A DNA stretch of 64,000 nucleotides from an uncultured Polynucleobacter sp. (GTDB taxonomy: Bacteria > Bdellovibrionota_B > Oligoflexia > Oligoflexales > RGVZ01), in assembly GCA_964402975.1 (NCBI GenBank), contig CAYOEM010000003.1, positions 21,766 through 85,765 on the forward strand, given 5' to 3'. Both the position numbers and the translations under genes were made by a program. Positions 46,537-56,972 of this stretch are shown here, in pieces. The notes beneath the pieces are model-generated. The model made no database searches. It was not told the DNA's origin and was given only the letters and a program-made list of their open reading frames with translations. The stretch's first letter is position 1. Each line of letters opens with the position of its first letter.

Positions 46537-47194
46537 TCGTTTTATTTTTCTTAGCTTGACGTTTAGTCTTATCAATTGTTTTTTGAATGTCTTTACCAAC
46601 CCGGCGTAACTCGCTGTTGCCGCTCATTTTTAATTCTTTTGCTAATTCGCTGATGAAATAATCTGAATCAACTGTCGCGAGGTGAACTAAGGTGTGAACG
46701 TCGAAATACTCGGTAATCCCTTGCATTTCAGCGGACGTTTTGTGCCCATCAATCTTAATTCTTTCAAAGTATATGTCTTCGACTTGGGCGATCTCGGCAT
46801 GAATCCTGTGGGCGAATTGATTCAAAAAGTTATCAAGATCACGCTGCGTTTTTGATGAATTCTTCAAGGATTTAAATTGTGAAACTTCGGCAATTTTGCT
46901 GTCAAAAGACGGGAGCCAGAGGTTAAAACTTGCATCAATGGCGGCTGTTTGTGATTTTTTTATGGCGATCGGTAGATCCCTCGACTTTGGGAGGGCGAAA
47001 TGGAATCTGCTCTCCTTGGCTGTGCTGATCAATTGATCACTCGGAGTGTCTACCCAAGTTGGCCTTGTTTCTTTATTGCGCTCTACAACAACGCCGTCGG
47101 GTCTTGAATTACGTGAAAGATAAACGCAGCTCATAATGCTGGAGCTCAGGAGTGCTACTGCGGAGTAGAGAACTAGAGGCTTATTGACGTTCAT
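46520..47194 (-). CDS. Hypothetical lipoprotein
   Basis: Signal peptide with a lipobox-like IMSC, and a Lys-rich C-terminus. The start overlaps the upstream small ORF by 1 nt. Confidence 0.5.
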   Translation of the reverse strand: MNVNKPLVLYSAVALLSSSIMSCVYLSRNSRPDGVVVERNKETRPTWVDTPSDQLISTAKESRFHFALPKSRDLPIAIKKSQTAAIDASFNLWLPSFDSKIAEVSQFKSLKNSSKTQRDLDNFLNQFAHRIHAEIAQVEDIYFERIKIDGHKTSAEMQGITEYFDVHTLVHLATVDSDYFISELAKELKMSGNSELRRVGKDIQKTIDKTKRQAKKNKTTKAPK

Positions 47195-47415
47195 TATTTT
47201 TTTTCTTGGCCGTTGTTCTTGGCTTGCGATTTTCCATCATTGGATTTGGATGCTCGGTGCGAGCGAATTTTTTCAAGTACGCGTGAGAGTAGTCCTGGAT
47301 TGCTCGACACGATAGACCTCACCGCCTCATATTCATCCATATTACCCCGGGGGCTACTTTTGGGAATTCCGTTGTTATCGGAAGATTTTTTTTTATCTTG
47401 CGAATCACCAAACAT
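47194..47415 (-). CDS. Small hydrophilic hypothetical protein (73 aa)
   Basis: The ORF has an ATG start preceded by GGAGGAAAC, and is translationally coupled to the lipoprotein gene. No recognisable domain. Confidence 0.4.
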   Translation of the reverse strand: MFGDSQDKKKSSDNNGIPKSSPRGNMDEYEAVRSIVSSNPGLLSRVLEKIRSHRASKSNDGKSQAKNNGQEKK

Positions 47416-47475
47416 GGGGTTTCCTCCAATCTGCGTTTGAGCGCAGGGTTCTTACCCGATTATACCACGAAAGTA

Positions 47476-48252
47476 TCAAAGGAAGTGATAGAGTAGACCA
47501 AGGGCTGCGCCTTGGCTTCGGCGTTTGATCTTTACATCCACTAACTTATCTTCGGCGTCAGCAGGACGTTTAAAAAACGTTGTTGAGTCGCTCCAGATTA
47601 TATGTACCGCGGTATCTAGTACGAAGAACAAATCCACCCCAAAATAAAACTGCAAGGATTCTCCTGTCAGAGAAGCATTTTCCCAGGTGCCATCCTCGCG
47701 CCGTGTTTTCAGGTCATTAAAGCGCTCTAATTGTGCTCCGATGCCAGCAATAATACGCCCCGATGGATCGTAATTGTAGGTGAGGCCGGCCTGCACTCCG
47801 GGTAAAAACCATGAGGGAGTCGGTTGAAATTTATCGTCTAACTTTTTCTCGTCGGCTAAAGCGTAGCCAGCGCTTGAGCCGAGAAAGTAGCCAGTTTTTC
47901 CCGCGATCAAGATATGAAATGTATAATTACCGATGAGTGTCACCTGCCTTGATCGGTAGTTTTCGCTACGAAGGTCACCAAATTTGTCGACGATCCACGT
48001 AGTCGATGAATAGCCAGACTCAAGGCTCAAATTATGATCACGGCGAAATCCTCGTACATAGCGGTCCCAAACGTGGGGGGACAGCTCTAGTGTCCTGATG
48101 TTATCGGGTTGATTTGTGACCGATTCGCCTATGGATGAGTCAGTTAGGCTCTTAGGGGGGGCAACATCTTTGGCGTAAACATCTGAAAAAAAAGCAAAAA
48201 ACAACGAGATCCCAATGAGGTGGGGCAGCGTCATTTGCGTTTTTTTTACCAT
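47476..48252 (-). CDS. Hypothetical outer-membrane beta-barrel-like protein
   Basis: Signal peptide ending VYA-KD, alternating beta-strand-like sequence, and a C-terminal ...GLLYHFL (aromatic-rich terminus). Confidence 0.5.
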   Translation of the reverse strand: MVKKTQMTLPHLIGISLFFAFFSDVYAKDVAPPKSLTDSSIGESVTNQPDNIRTLELSPHVWDRYVRGFRRDHNLSLESGYSSTTWIVDKFGDLRSENYRSRQVTLIGNYTFHILIAGKTGYFLGSSAGYALADEKKLDDKFQPTPSWFLPGVQAGLTYNYDPSGRIIAGIGAQLERFNDLKTRREDGTWENASLTGESLQFYFGVDLFFVLDTAVHIIWSDSTTFFKRPADAEDKLVDVKIKRRSQGAALGLLYHFL

Positions 48253-48279
48253 GATTATTCGGCCTTATATGCGGTATAA

Positions 48280-49506
48280 ATGTTGCGGCTTCGCGAAAAT
48301 GATGACCTCAATGATAGTTGTTTGGAGCAAATGATGCAAAGTGATCCTTTCGAGTACCTTCAAAACGCCGGAAATCACAACCAGACGTGGATCCTCCTCT
48401 TGGGTCCTTTAGGTCTGTTGATGGCTCTAGTAGTGGTTTTGGCGATTTACATACGTTGGCAACGTCGTAGGGCTGCCCAAAATATGGAGGCAGATCTTAA
48501 GTCTTTGTCTACAGCCATGGCGGATAAACAGGATCAATCCGCAGCGATAAGTTCTTCTGTGTCCAAGCAGCAATTGCCCGAGTCTTCTTCTGCAGAAGGA
48601 GTGATTAGTCTACTCAAACGTGGGCTCATTCGGACTAGAGACGCGCTGAGTGGAGGCCTCGAAGGTATTTTTTCCTCTGGTGCAAAAATTGACGATGGTA
48701 CTCTTGAGCGGATTCATGAGGTGCTTTATCGCTCGGATGTCGGGGTTCAGGCATCGGATCGTCTTGTAGATAAAGTTCGTCAGACGCTGTCAGGGCAGAC
48801 AGTTGATTGGCCCACAATTCGTTCTGCCATAGCGGAGGCTGCTAAGACGATTTTTGTCGATGCGGAACAACCTCTCAATCAACCTGAGAGTGGTTTATAT
48901 GTTCTACTTATTGTTGGTGTTAACGGTGTTGGAAAAACGACAACTATCGGTAAGCTAGCCTCAAAATTCAAATCCCAGGGTAAAAGTGTCATGCTTTGCG
49001 CTGCCGATACGTACCGAGCAGCCGCAATTGAGCAATTGTCAATTTGGGGTGAGCGCAATGATGTATCCGTTATTAAACAGCAGCAAGGGTCTGATCCCGC
49101 TGCTGTTGCCTTCGATGGTGTGCAGGCCGCAAAGTCGCGAGGTATCGATGTCTTGATTATCGACACCGCAGGGCGTCTCCATAATAAGAATGACTTGATG
49201 GCTGAGCTTTCAAAAATAAATAAGTCGATTGGTAAGGGTTGTGAGGGCGGGCCTCATGATACTTGGATCGTGGTTGATGCCACGACAGGTCAAAATGCAA
49301 TTCAGCAAGTAAAAGCCTTCAATGAAGTTACTAAAATCACCGGGATTGTTGTTACTAAATTAGATGGAACTGCTAAAGGTGGCGTGATTATTGGTATTGC
49401 CGATCAGTTTAAAATGCCAATCCGATATGTTGGAGTTGGTGAGGCTGTCCAAGATTTAAGGCCATTTAATGCTAGTGATTTTATGGACGGAATACTTGGA
49501 GTTTAA
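48280..49506 (+). CDS. ftsY: Signal recognition particle receptor FtsY (with N-terminal TM anchor)
   Basis: The NG domain has GVNGVGKTTTIGKLA, DTAGRL and TKLDGTAKGG. The N-terminal hydrophobic segment is TWILLLGPLGLLMALVVVLAIY. The exact start is uncertain (internal Met codons near 48331). Confidence 0.92.
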   Translation: MLRLRENDDLNDSCLEQMMQSDPFEYLQNAGNHNQTWILLLGPLGLLMALVVVLAIYIRWQRRRAAQNMEADLKSLSTAMADKQDQSAAISSSVSKQQLPESSSAEGVISLLKRGLIRTRDALSGGLEGIFSSGAKIDDGTLERIHEVLYRSDVGVQASDRLVDKVRQTLSGQTVDWPTIRSAIAEAAKTIFVDAEQPLNQPESGLYVLLIVGVNGVGKTTTIGKLASKFKSQGKSVMLCAADTYRAAAIEQLSIWGERNDVSVIKQQQGSDPAAVAFDGVQAAKSRGIDVLIIDTAGRLHNKNDLMAELSKINKSIGKGCEGGPHDTWIVVDATTGQNAIQQVKAFNEVTKITGIVVTKLDGTAKGGVIIGIADQFKMPIRYVGVGEAVQDLRPFNASDFMDGILGV

Positions 49507-49522
49507 TCGTTAGCGATTGGAA

Positions 49523-50491
49523 TTAGTCGGGCTTCTGATCTGAAGGCATCCTAACCACCGTGCCACTTTGTGTGATGGGGAGCATCAGATTGTGGGTGTC
49601 AGAGAAAAAAACTGATAGCTTCGGGTATCGAATCCGCATCTGATACGCCCAGAAAAGTTGGCGTCTTGGGTGACGATGATTTGCGAGTAGATCAAGAAGC
49701 TGAACCTCTTCTTCAGACAGATCCAGCTCGGTCCGGTGCTCAAGCGCTGATTGGGCCGCATCCCGAACTTTTTGATCTAACTCAAACTGCTTTTGTCTTT
49801 GTCCGAACAAGTCGAGCCTTTGATGCTCATCCTCGTACAGCTCAGCGTACTGATCCCAGTTCGACGCCAAAAGTGACAAGGAGGGAATTCGGGTATTAAA
49901 ATGTCGAATCATGACCAGTATCTGATCAACCGGATGAGCAGACGCGAGCGTCACGGCGACTTTTAGGTTTGTCTTCTCCTCATGCGCGTCTAACTCGCGG
50001 CCGCGCGTAAATGCTTCAATGATTCGCTTGGTGGTGTCGTCATCTGAAAGAGCTCGGTGAATGATTGGACGATCATTATGGATGTCGTCTCTTCGACCTT
50101 CCACAACTGATAGCTTAGGAAAGCCCTTTTTAAATGGTAGTATTACGGCCTCGTGATGGCTTGGTGATTCCTTTAGTCCTAGTTTCCATTTGGCCATGTC
50201 CCACTGAATGCTCAGGCTAAGGCTTTGTAGCTTTGGAGTTTGGCGCCCGTCTCCATACCGCGATTTAATAATTTGACGCCCTTCAAGCTCTTCAATGGCT
50301 TGCTGAACCTCGCGCGCGCTGTGACCTATCATCGAGGCCAAATCACTTTCGGTCGTAATGAGATTCTCGAGTCCTGTCATCGCCGTGTTAAGCAAATACA
50401 TCATAATTGAGTACTGGCACGAGTTCATTTTCGACACAGCGAGGACCTTAAAGCCTGACTCGCGAAGAAAACGTTGAATATTTGTATCCAT
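49523..50491 (-). CDS. Hypothetical protein with a probable N-terminal winged-helix domain
   Basis: The N-terminal ~90 aa look wHTH-like (..SIMMYLLN...TESDLASMIGHSAREVQQAIEELEGRQII). The rest has no recognised motif. Confidence 0.45.
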   Translation of the reverse strand: MDTNIQRFLRESGFKVLAVSKMNSCQYSIMMYLLNTAMTGLENLITTESDLASMIGHSAREVQQAIEELEGRQIIKSRYGDGRQTPKLQSLSLSIQWDMAKWKLGLKESPSHHEAVILPFKKGFPKLSVVEGRRDDIHNDRPIIHRALSDDDTTKRIIEAFTRGRELDAHEEKTNLKVAVTLASAHPVDQILVMIRHFNTRIPSLSLLASNWDQYAELYEDEHQRLDLFGQRQKQFELDQKVRDAAQSALEHRTELDLSEEEVQLLDLLANHRHPRRQLFWAYQMRIRYPKLSVFFSDTHNLMLPITQSGTVVRMPSDQKPD

Positions 50492-50656
50492 CAGAATTGG
50501 TCCAAAAGTTTAAGTAAAAACTTTAAAATCTTTCCCGTCGTTCTATTCTACCACGTGGGATAGTTAGAGCGGACTTTGATCATAATCGTCCATTATATCT
50601 GATCTAAATAACCTAATGTGTGATTTTTTCAATCACCCTGTTCTTGTATTTATGGA

Positions 50657-52687
50657 TCACTGCTCTGAGGCCCACTGGGCAAGTTGCTGACCTGCAGCTA
50701 CTTGCTGCCCTGTCTTAACCAGGATTGTTCCAGCACGTCCATCTAAGGATGCCTTCACCTCAAACTGCATTTTCATACTTTCAAGAACAAACAGGGTCTG
50801 ACCTTTAGTGATCAAGTCACCGCCCGTGATGGAGATCTGGATCACTTTTCCTGGAACTGGAGCCGTCATGCCGTCCAAGTTGCCAGCGGTGGCTCCGCTG
50901 CTAGCAATCGTCTTTCGCTCATCGATTCGGACCCAGTTGTGCCCAGAGACTCCTATCCAATATTCAAATCGGTTAGGTGATTTGTACACAGCAAAGCTAA
51001 ACGCTAGGTCAATTTGACCGTTTATCAGTCGCCGGCCGAATCCGAATTGGGAGCTAGCGCGAGGATCTTGGGGAGACCAAGCGACCTGTCCCGAGATGAT
51101 TTGAATCTTGTCGGCGGTCATTTGTCTACTCGAGGGCGCATGGGTGGCCCGAAGTGAAAAAGAACTCTCCGTCACGGTTGGGATATTGGTATGGGCTGTT
51201 GAGATCGTTGACGCATCAAAACCAGCTAACGAACCTGACTCAAGGCGGTCGAGTAACTGATTAACCACGGGTTCAAGGGCAGAGCGTTTGCTCGTTTCCC
51301 ATTCCAGAGCATCATTAACATTTTTACCTATAAAATGAGTGTCCACAGGACGACTTGTTATTTTTGGGTGTCTGACGAGCCAAGTTAAAAATTGAATATT
51401 GTTGCGTGGACCGGCAAACAACGTGCGCTCAAGTGTTTGAGCCACTAGTTCTAGTGCCTGGCGTCGATCGCCTGCTGAACATACAAGTTTTGCGATCATG
51501 GGATCGAATTTATCGGAGATCTCATCGACCAGGTCAATCCCAAGTTCCCAGCGAATTCCTTTGCCTGATGCCGGGGCGAAAGCCCGCACCGATCCTGGAG
51601 CCGGGAAGAAATTGTTACCCGGATCTTCGGCGTAAATTCTCACCTCGATTGAATGTCCACGAGGCTTCAGTGTTGAAAATTCTGGCGGAAGTGTTTCCCC
51701 TCTCGCTACGCGTATTTGCCACTCGACAAGGTCTACACCGTAAATTTCCTCCGTAACGGTGTGTTCAACTTGCAGGCGTGTATTCATCTCGAGAAAGTAA
51801 AAACAAACGCCGTTGGGATTGGTCTCGTCCACAAGGAACTCTACGGTACCGGCGTTGTCGTAACCTACCGCTGCGGCAAGACTTGACGCCGCAGTGTGCA
51901 TCGACGCTCGAAGGTTGCTTGGCAGATCAGGCGCCGGCGCCTCTTCTAGAATTTTCTGATGTCGTCTTTGAAGTGAGCAATCTCTATCGCCGAGAATGCA
52001 AACGTTACCATGTTTATCCGCCAAGACCTGAACTTCGACGTGCCGCGGCGCAGGCAGATACTTTTCAACGATGAGCGATGGGTTGCCGAAGGAGCTTTGC
52101 GCCTCAGCCGAGGCTCTCTGCGCGTTTGTGATCAAATCCTCTCGTTTTTCAACGACGCGCATGCCTTTGCCGCCGCCTCCGAAAGCAGCTTTCATGAGGA
52201 CAGGAAAGCCGTGTTGCGTGGCAAAACGCTCAAGTTCTTGAGCTGCAGCGGAGCCGCCAGACTCCAGATTGATGCCATTGATGCCAGGTAAGCACGGAAC
52301 TTTAGCCTTTTGAGCGTGCTCGCGGGCCGTGGCTTTGCTGGCCATAGCATCGATGGCTCCCGGACGCGGCCCGATCCATGTGAGACCAGCTTTAATCACC
52401 GCCGAAGCAAAATCAGGATTTTCTGATAAAAATCCGAAACCCGGATGCACGGCGTCACAGCCGCAAGATTTGGCCAGAGAAATTATTAGATGGGAATCAA
52501 GATATGTCTTGGTTGATTCATCTGGGACGTGGATGAATTCGGAAACAAGTCCAAACAGGTAAGAAGGAGGCGTGTCACTCGACAAAATGGCGACAGTTTG
52601 TATGCCTAACTTCTTCGATGATTCTGCAATGCGTCGCGCGATTTCGCCGCGGTTTGCTATGAATATTTTCTTGATCGTTGCGGTCAC
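50657..52687 (-). CDS. Acyl-CoA carboxylase alpha subunit (biotin carboxylase + BCCP), methylcrotonyl/geranyl-CoA carboxylase type
   Basis: IFIANRGEIA, the ATP-grasp motif GGGGKGMR, EMNTRLQVEH, and the C-terminal biotinyl site LESMKMQ. Confidence 0.9.
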   Translation of the reverse strand: MTATIKKIFIANRGEIARRIAESSKKLGIQTVAILSSDTPPSYLFGLVSEFIHVPDESTKTYLDSHLIISLAKSCGCDAVHPGFGFLSENPDFASAVIKAGLTWIGPRPGAIDAMASKATAREHAQKAKVPCLPGINGINLESGGSAAAQELERFATQHGFPVLMKAAFGGGGKGMRVVEKREDLITNAQRASAEAQSSFGNPSLIVEKYLPAPRHVEVQVLADKHGNVCILGDRDCSLQRRHQKILEEAPAPDLPSNLRASMHTAASSLAAAVGYDNAGTVEFLVDETNPNGVCFYFLEMNTRLQVEHTVTEEIYGVDLVEWQIRVARGETLPPEFSTLKPRGHSIEVRIYAEDPGNNFFPAPGSVRAFAPASGKGIRWELGIDLVDEISDKFDPMIAKLVCSAGDRRQALELVAQTLERTLFAGPRNNIQFLTWLVRHPKITSRPVDTHFIGKNVNDALEWETSKRSALEPVVNQLLDRLESGSLAGFDASTISTAHTNIPTVTESSFSLRATHAPSSRQMTADKIQIISGQVAWSPQDPRASSQFGFGRRLINGQIDLAFSFAVYKSPNRFEYWIGVSGHNWVRIDERKTIASSGATAGNLDGMTAPVPGKVIQISITGGDLITKGQTLFVLESMKMQFEVKASLDGRAGTILVKTGQQVAAGQQLAQWASEQ

Positions 52688-52708
52688 GCCATTAATCCTG
52701 AAAAAAAA

Positions 52709-53512
52709 TTACGACTCTAACTTACGCAGCCACGGCGGCTCCGTTTTCGAAAAAAAGCAACTGAGTCCATCCTGTCCGTCTTTGCTGGTGCGGGCCTTTG
52801 CAATGGCTTCGACGGTCTGGTGACTTTGCTTGAAAGCGTTTTCCCGTAAGGAAGCGAAAAGTTGGTTGATGGAGGTCTGAGCGGTAAGAGAGCAGGTCAG
52901 TAATGCGCTGAGTTCGTCTGCCAGCTTTTGATCGGGCGAATCTGTAACGATTTCAACCAAGCCTGCCTCAAAAGCGTCTCGCGCAGAAAAAACCATTCCG
53001 GTCAGCGCAAATCGTTTGAGCATTCCCGCTTTCATTTTTCGCAGCAAGTATGGAGCGATAACTGCTGGAAGAAGCCCGAGTTTGACCTCACTAAGGCAAA
53101 ATTTTGCCTCTTGTGAAGCGATAGCATAATCGCAGCATGCAATCATGCCAACGGCACCACCGTAAGCGGCGCCCCGTATCAACGCAATTTTAGGTATCGT
53201 AAGATTAAAAAGTGATTCAAACATCTCGAGGAGTTTTGACGCATCCTTGATATTTTCGTCATAAGATAGTTTCGCAGACGTCTTCATCCAATTTAGATCG
53301 GCACCAGCCGAAAAGTGTTTTCCTGACCCAGTAATAACCAACGCGCGAACGTCGGTCATCGCTGCAAGAGATTTTAAGTGCTCAGTGATCTCAGTCATCA
53401 TCGCAGACGAGAATGCGTTGGCTTGCTCTGGCCTGTTGAGTTCAAGTCTAGCAATTCGACCGCCGCCGGCGAGTGATTTCAACTCAAATGTTGTGGTTTT
53501 AGGGGTGGTCAT
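52709..53512 (-). CDS. Enoyl-CoA hydratase/isomerase family protein (methylglutaconyl-CoA hydratase-like)
   Basis: Crotonase motifs: LNRPEQANAF, GSGKHFSAGADL and GAAYGGAVG. Confidence 0.88.
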   Translation of the reverse strand: MTTPKTTTFELKSLAGGGRIARLELNRPEQANAFSSAMMTEITEHLKSLAAMTDVRALVITGSGKHFSAGADLNWMKTSAKLSYDENIKDASKLLEMFESLFNLTIPKIALIRGAAYGGAVGMIACCDYAIASQEAKFCLSEVKLGLLPAVIAPYLLRKMKAGMLKRFALTGMVFSARDAFEAGLVEIVTDSPDQKLADELSALLTCSLTAQTSINQLFASLRENAFKQSHQTVEAIAKARTSKDGQDGLSCFFSKTEPPWLRKLES

Positions 53513-53514
53513 TT

Positions 53515-55338
53515 TTACCTGAATCTATTTTGTTCAACGTCGTCAAGAACGTCTTGTGGTATTGGCGCCAGCTGCCGAAGTAAGGCTTGTGCGAACGTTT
53601 TGCCTTGAGCGTCAGTTCTTAAAGTAAGTGTGCCGCCGCCACCCAGCGACGAATCTAGGAGAAAGTTAAAACCATTCATGTTTTCCAGTTTGTAGCGAAC
53701 AACCGATCCCTGGCAGATCTCCTGAAAAAGATCTTTGACCTTTTGAGCGGTTAACCATGTTTCCAGCCAAGCAAAAGCTTTGGGGCTTCTGGCCAAAACA
53801 CCGATGTTGGCCATGTCCCCTTTATCGCCGGATCGACCTAAAGCGATCCTCGAAATGGGACTTAAAGACGCTGTGCCAGTGACCTTTGTTGCGGTTGCGA
53901 TGTCGCATGAGGGCTGAAAAGCTTTCTGGGTATGAAGAGCCGCGGCTGAGAAGTTACCGATAACATCGGAGTCCACTATTTTCTCATCGCGGACGCCATG
54001 ATCGAATAAGGCGATTTTGGGTTTGACGGCGGCTTTGGGCATGAGCGCAGGCCAGTAACTTACCACTTCTGTGGGTTTGGGCGCTCCGCCAAGTACGCAC
54101 ACCCCAGGTGGTCCACTGAGTATAAGCGCAGGCACCATTTTGCTGAACTTTCGTAGTTTGCCTTGATCGTGGTCTCGGGCGCCAACGCGCAGAATTATCT
54201 CGTTACCATCATCCTTTTGACCAAGACTTCGGTGACATGCATTCCAACCAAAATACTCGGTTTCTGTCGCTGCAAAATTATGGCCTACCTTATTCCAGAA
54301 GATCTTGGCAAATGTCTCAGATTTACGACGGGCATCAGGTCCAGATATGCAGATGGAGCCTAGCACTTTAAAGCCGTCTTGATACGCCATGGAGACTTTG
54401 TAGAGTGGTGTTGGTTCAAACCCTTTAACACCCGTGATTTTAACCCGGTCCCGGCCGTCGGACTCAAGGTTAATGGATGAGAAATCTGCAACGACATCAG
54501 GGGTAATATAGGCCTTGGGATTGCCCATTTCATAAAACAGTTGTTCTCGAACCGTATCGATTGAGACAAGGCCGCCGGTGTTGGGGTGCTTGGTCACGAC
54601 AAAGGTCCCGTCGTGATCTACTTCAATGATGGGATATCCCATTTGGTCGAAAGATGGCACCAAGTGCCAGTCAGTGAAATTGCCACCCGTCGATTGGCAC
54701 CCACACTCGATAATATGGCCCGCTACGATGCCAGCCGCCAATTTATCCCAATCTTTATTGCTCCAGCCAAACTCATGAATCATGGCTGCAAGGGTGATCC
54801 CAGTGTCCGTGACACGACCAGTCACTATAATGTCAGGATCCCATTTGAGTGCTTCCACAACCGGACCAGCGCCAAAATAGACGTTAGCGGCTTCTACTTT
54901 CCCCGAAATCGTCTTGAACTCCCGTCCGTCTTCCATGTTCTGGAAATCACAGCCTTTGGCTCGAAGGTCTTCGATGGATGTTAAGATGTCGTCACCGTAT
55001 ACGATGGCGATCTTGGGTTTTAGATTCAATTTTTTGGCCAGTGATGAAATAGCTTCCGCGCAAGCTACTGGATTTACTCCACCGGCGTTCGTGATGATTT
55101 TTGTTTTATTTTTCAGGACGTCTGCCAGCACGTCCTCGAGCATAACGAGAAAGTCTCTGGCATATCCAAGTTTGGGGTCGACGCTGCGCTGCTTTTGCAT
55201 GATGGACATGGTGATTTCAGCTAAGAAGTCCATGGAAATATAGTCGAGATGTCCACCTTTGACTTGGCGCGCAAGAGCAGAGGGGTCATCACCCCAATAG
55301 CCGCCCGCATTTCCTATTTTAATCGTTTTTTTTCGCAT
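53515..55338 (-). CDS. AtuA-like (DUF1446) protein
   Basis: 607 aa. The N-terminus IKIGNAGGYWGDDP and the overall length match the acyclic-terpene-utilisation AtuA family as I recall it. It is embedded between the carboxylase subunit genes. Confidence 0.75.
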   Translation of the reverse strand: MRKKTIKIGNAGGYWGDDPSALARQVKGGHLDYISMDFLAEITMSIMQKQRSVDPKLGYARDFLVMLEDVLADVLKNKTKIITNAGGVNPVACAEAISSLAKKLNLKPKIAIVYGDDILTSIEDLRAKGCDFQNMEDGREFKTISGKVEAANVYFGAGPVVEALKWDPDIIVTGRVTDTGITLAAMIHEFGWSNKDWDKLAAGIVAGHIIECGCQSTGGNFTDWHLVPSFDQMGYPIIEVDHDGTFVVTKHPNTGGLVSIDTVREQLFYEMGNPKAYITPDVVADFSSINLESDGRDRVKITGVKGFEPTPLYKVSMAYQDGFKVLGSICISGPDARRKSETFAKIFWNKVGHNFAATETEYFGWNACHRSLGQKDDGNEIILRVGARDHDQGKLRKFSKMVPALILSGPPGVCVLGGAPKPTEVVSYWPALMPKAAVKPKIALFDHGVRDEKIVDSDVIGNFSAAALHTQKAFQPSCDIATATKVTGTASLSPISRIALGRSGDKGDMANIGVLARSPKAFAWLETWLTAQKVKDLFQEICQGSVVRYKLENMNGFNFLLDSSLGGGGTLTLRTDAQGKTFAQALLRQLAPIPQDVLDDVEQNRFR

Positions 55339-55359
55339 GCTTCGTTTGACTCGCTAAAT

Positions 55360-56949
55360 TTACATTCTGAAAATTCCAAACTTGGTCTGATCCCAAGGAT
55401 GGTGAAGTGTTGATGCTAAAGACATTGCCAAAATTTTGCGGGACTCACGTGGATCGATAATGCCGTCATCCCATAGTCTCGCCGAAGAGTAGTAGGCGCT
55501 GCCTTCTCGGGCGTATTTTTCTAGAATAGGAGCTTTCATGTCCTGAACCTCCTTCGCGCTTAATGATAGGTTCTTTCTGGCTAGTTGTTGTTGTTTTACA
55601 GTTACTAATACGTCGGCGGCTTGTTCCCCACCCATGACAGATATTCTAGCGTTCGGCCACATCCAAAGGTAGCGCGGGTCGTAAGCACGTCCGCACATAC
55701 CGTAATTACCTGCGCCAAAACTACCGCCGATCACCATTGTCACTTTTGGGACGTTCGCGTTTGCAACGGCGTGTACCATCTTGGCTCCGTCTTTAGCAAT
55801 TCCTCCGTGCTCGTATTTTTTACCTACGATAAACCCCGTGATATTTTGAAGGAAGACTAGTGGAACCTGTTCTTGACTACAAACTTCGATAAAATGAGCG
55901 GCTTTCTGCGCGCTTTCAGAAAACAAAACACCATTGTTAGCAAGGATGCCGCAAGGAATGCCGTTGATGTGGGCGAATCCTGTAACCAACGTTTGACCAA
56001 AATTCTTCTTAAATTCAAACAATTCGCTACCGTCGACAATTCTAGCTATGACCTCGCGAACGTCGAAAAACTTCTTCGAGTCTGTTGGTATGATCCCGAG
56101 AAGTTCCTCTGGATCGTAATTTGGCTGTCGCGGTTCGGCGAGTTTGATCGGCGCTTTGTTGTGCTTACCGAGATGTCTAACGATATCGCGGATGATGGAT
56201 AATGCGTGCTCGTCATTGTCGGCGATATGGTCAGCTACTCCACTTATGGAAGTGTGAACATCGGCACCGCCGAGTTCTTCAGCGGTCACATCTTCGCCAG
56301 TGGCGGCTTTTACAAGAGGTGGTCCCGCTAGAAAAATAGTCCCTTGACCACGTACAATCACACTCTGATCACTCATGGCCGGAATGTAGGCGCCGCCAGC
56401 AGTGCAAAAACCATGAACTGATGATATTTGTGGGATACCTGCCGCGCTCATGCGAGCTTGATTGAAAAAAATACGACCGAAGTCATCTTTGTCCGGGAAT
56501 ACCTCGTCTTGCATCGGTAAAAATGCACCGCCAGAGTCCACGAGATAGATGCAAGGTAGGCGGTTCTGCAAGCCAATTTCTTGGGCGCGCAGGTGCTTTT
56601 TTACTGTGATTGGGTAGTAGGTGCCGCCTTTTACGGTGTGATCGTTTGCAACGATGACCGTAGGTCGTCCTGCCACGATTCCCACGCCCGTCACAATGCC
56701 TCCGGATGGGACGTCGTCTTCGTAAAGGCCCTGGCCGGCGAGTGCGCTCAGTTCTAGAAACTCAGTGCCGGTGTCGATCAGTTTTTTGACGCGTTCACGA
56801 GCTGACATTTTTGTTTGGTTGGAAGCTGACGATGGACGAGAGCTTGTGACGTCCAGGTTGTCTTTGAGTTCCTGTACGGTCTTGAGGAGGGCGTCCCTGT
56901 TCGCGCCGAATTCTTTGCCTTTTGTATCGATCTGACTTTGAATTTTCAT
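55360..56949 (-). CDS. Acyl-CoA carboxylase beta (carboxyltransferase) subunit, methylcrotonyl/geranyl-CoA carboxylase type
   Basis: 529 aa with both carboxyltransferase halves (..[13 protein letters not shown].., ..[16 protein letters not shown]..). Confidence 0.92.
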   Translation of the reverse strand: MKIQSQIDTKGKEFGANRDALLKTVQELKDNLDVTSSRPSSASNQTKMSARERVKKLIDTGTEFLELSALAGQGLYEDDVPSGGIVTGVGIVAGRPTVIVANDHTVKGGTYYPITVKKHLRAQEIGLQNRLPCIYLVDSGGAFLPMQDEVFPDKDDFGRIFFNQARMSAAGIPQISSVHGFCTAGGAYIPAMSDQSVIVRGQGTIFLAGPPLVKAATGEDVTAEELGGADVHTSISGVADHIADNDEHALSIIRDIVRHLGKHNKAPIKLAEPRQPNYDPEELLGIIPTDSKKFFDVREVIARIVDGSELFEFKKNFGQTLVTGFAHINGIPCGILANNGVLFSESAQKAAHFIEVCSQEQVPLVFLQNITGFIVGKKYEHGGIAKDGAKMVHAVANANVPKVTMVIGGSFGAGNYGMCGRAYDPRYLWMWPNARISVMGGEQAADVLVTVKQQQLARKNLSLSAKEVQDMKAPILEKYAREGSAYYSSARLWDDGIIDPRESRKILAMSLASTLHHPWDQTKFGIFRM

Positions 56950-56972
56950 TAAGAAGCGATCCTATTTTGGAT

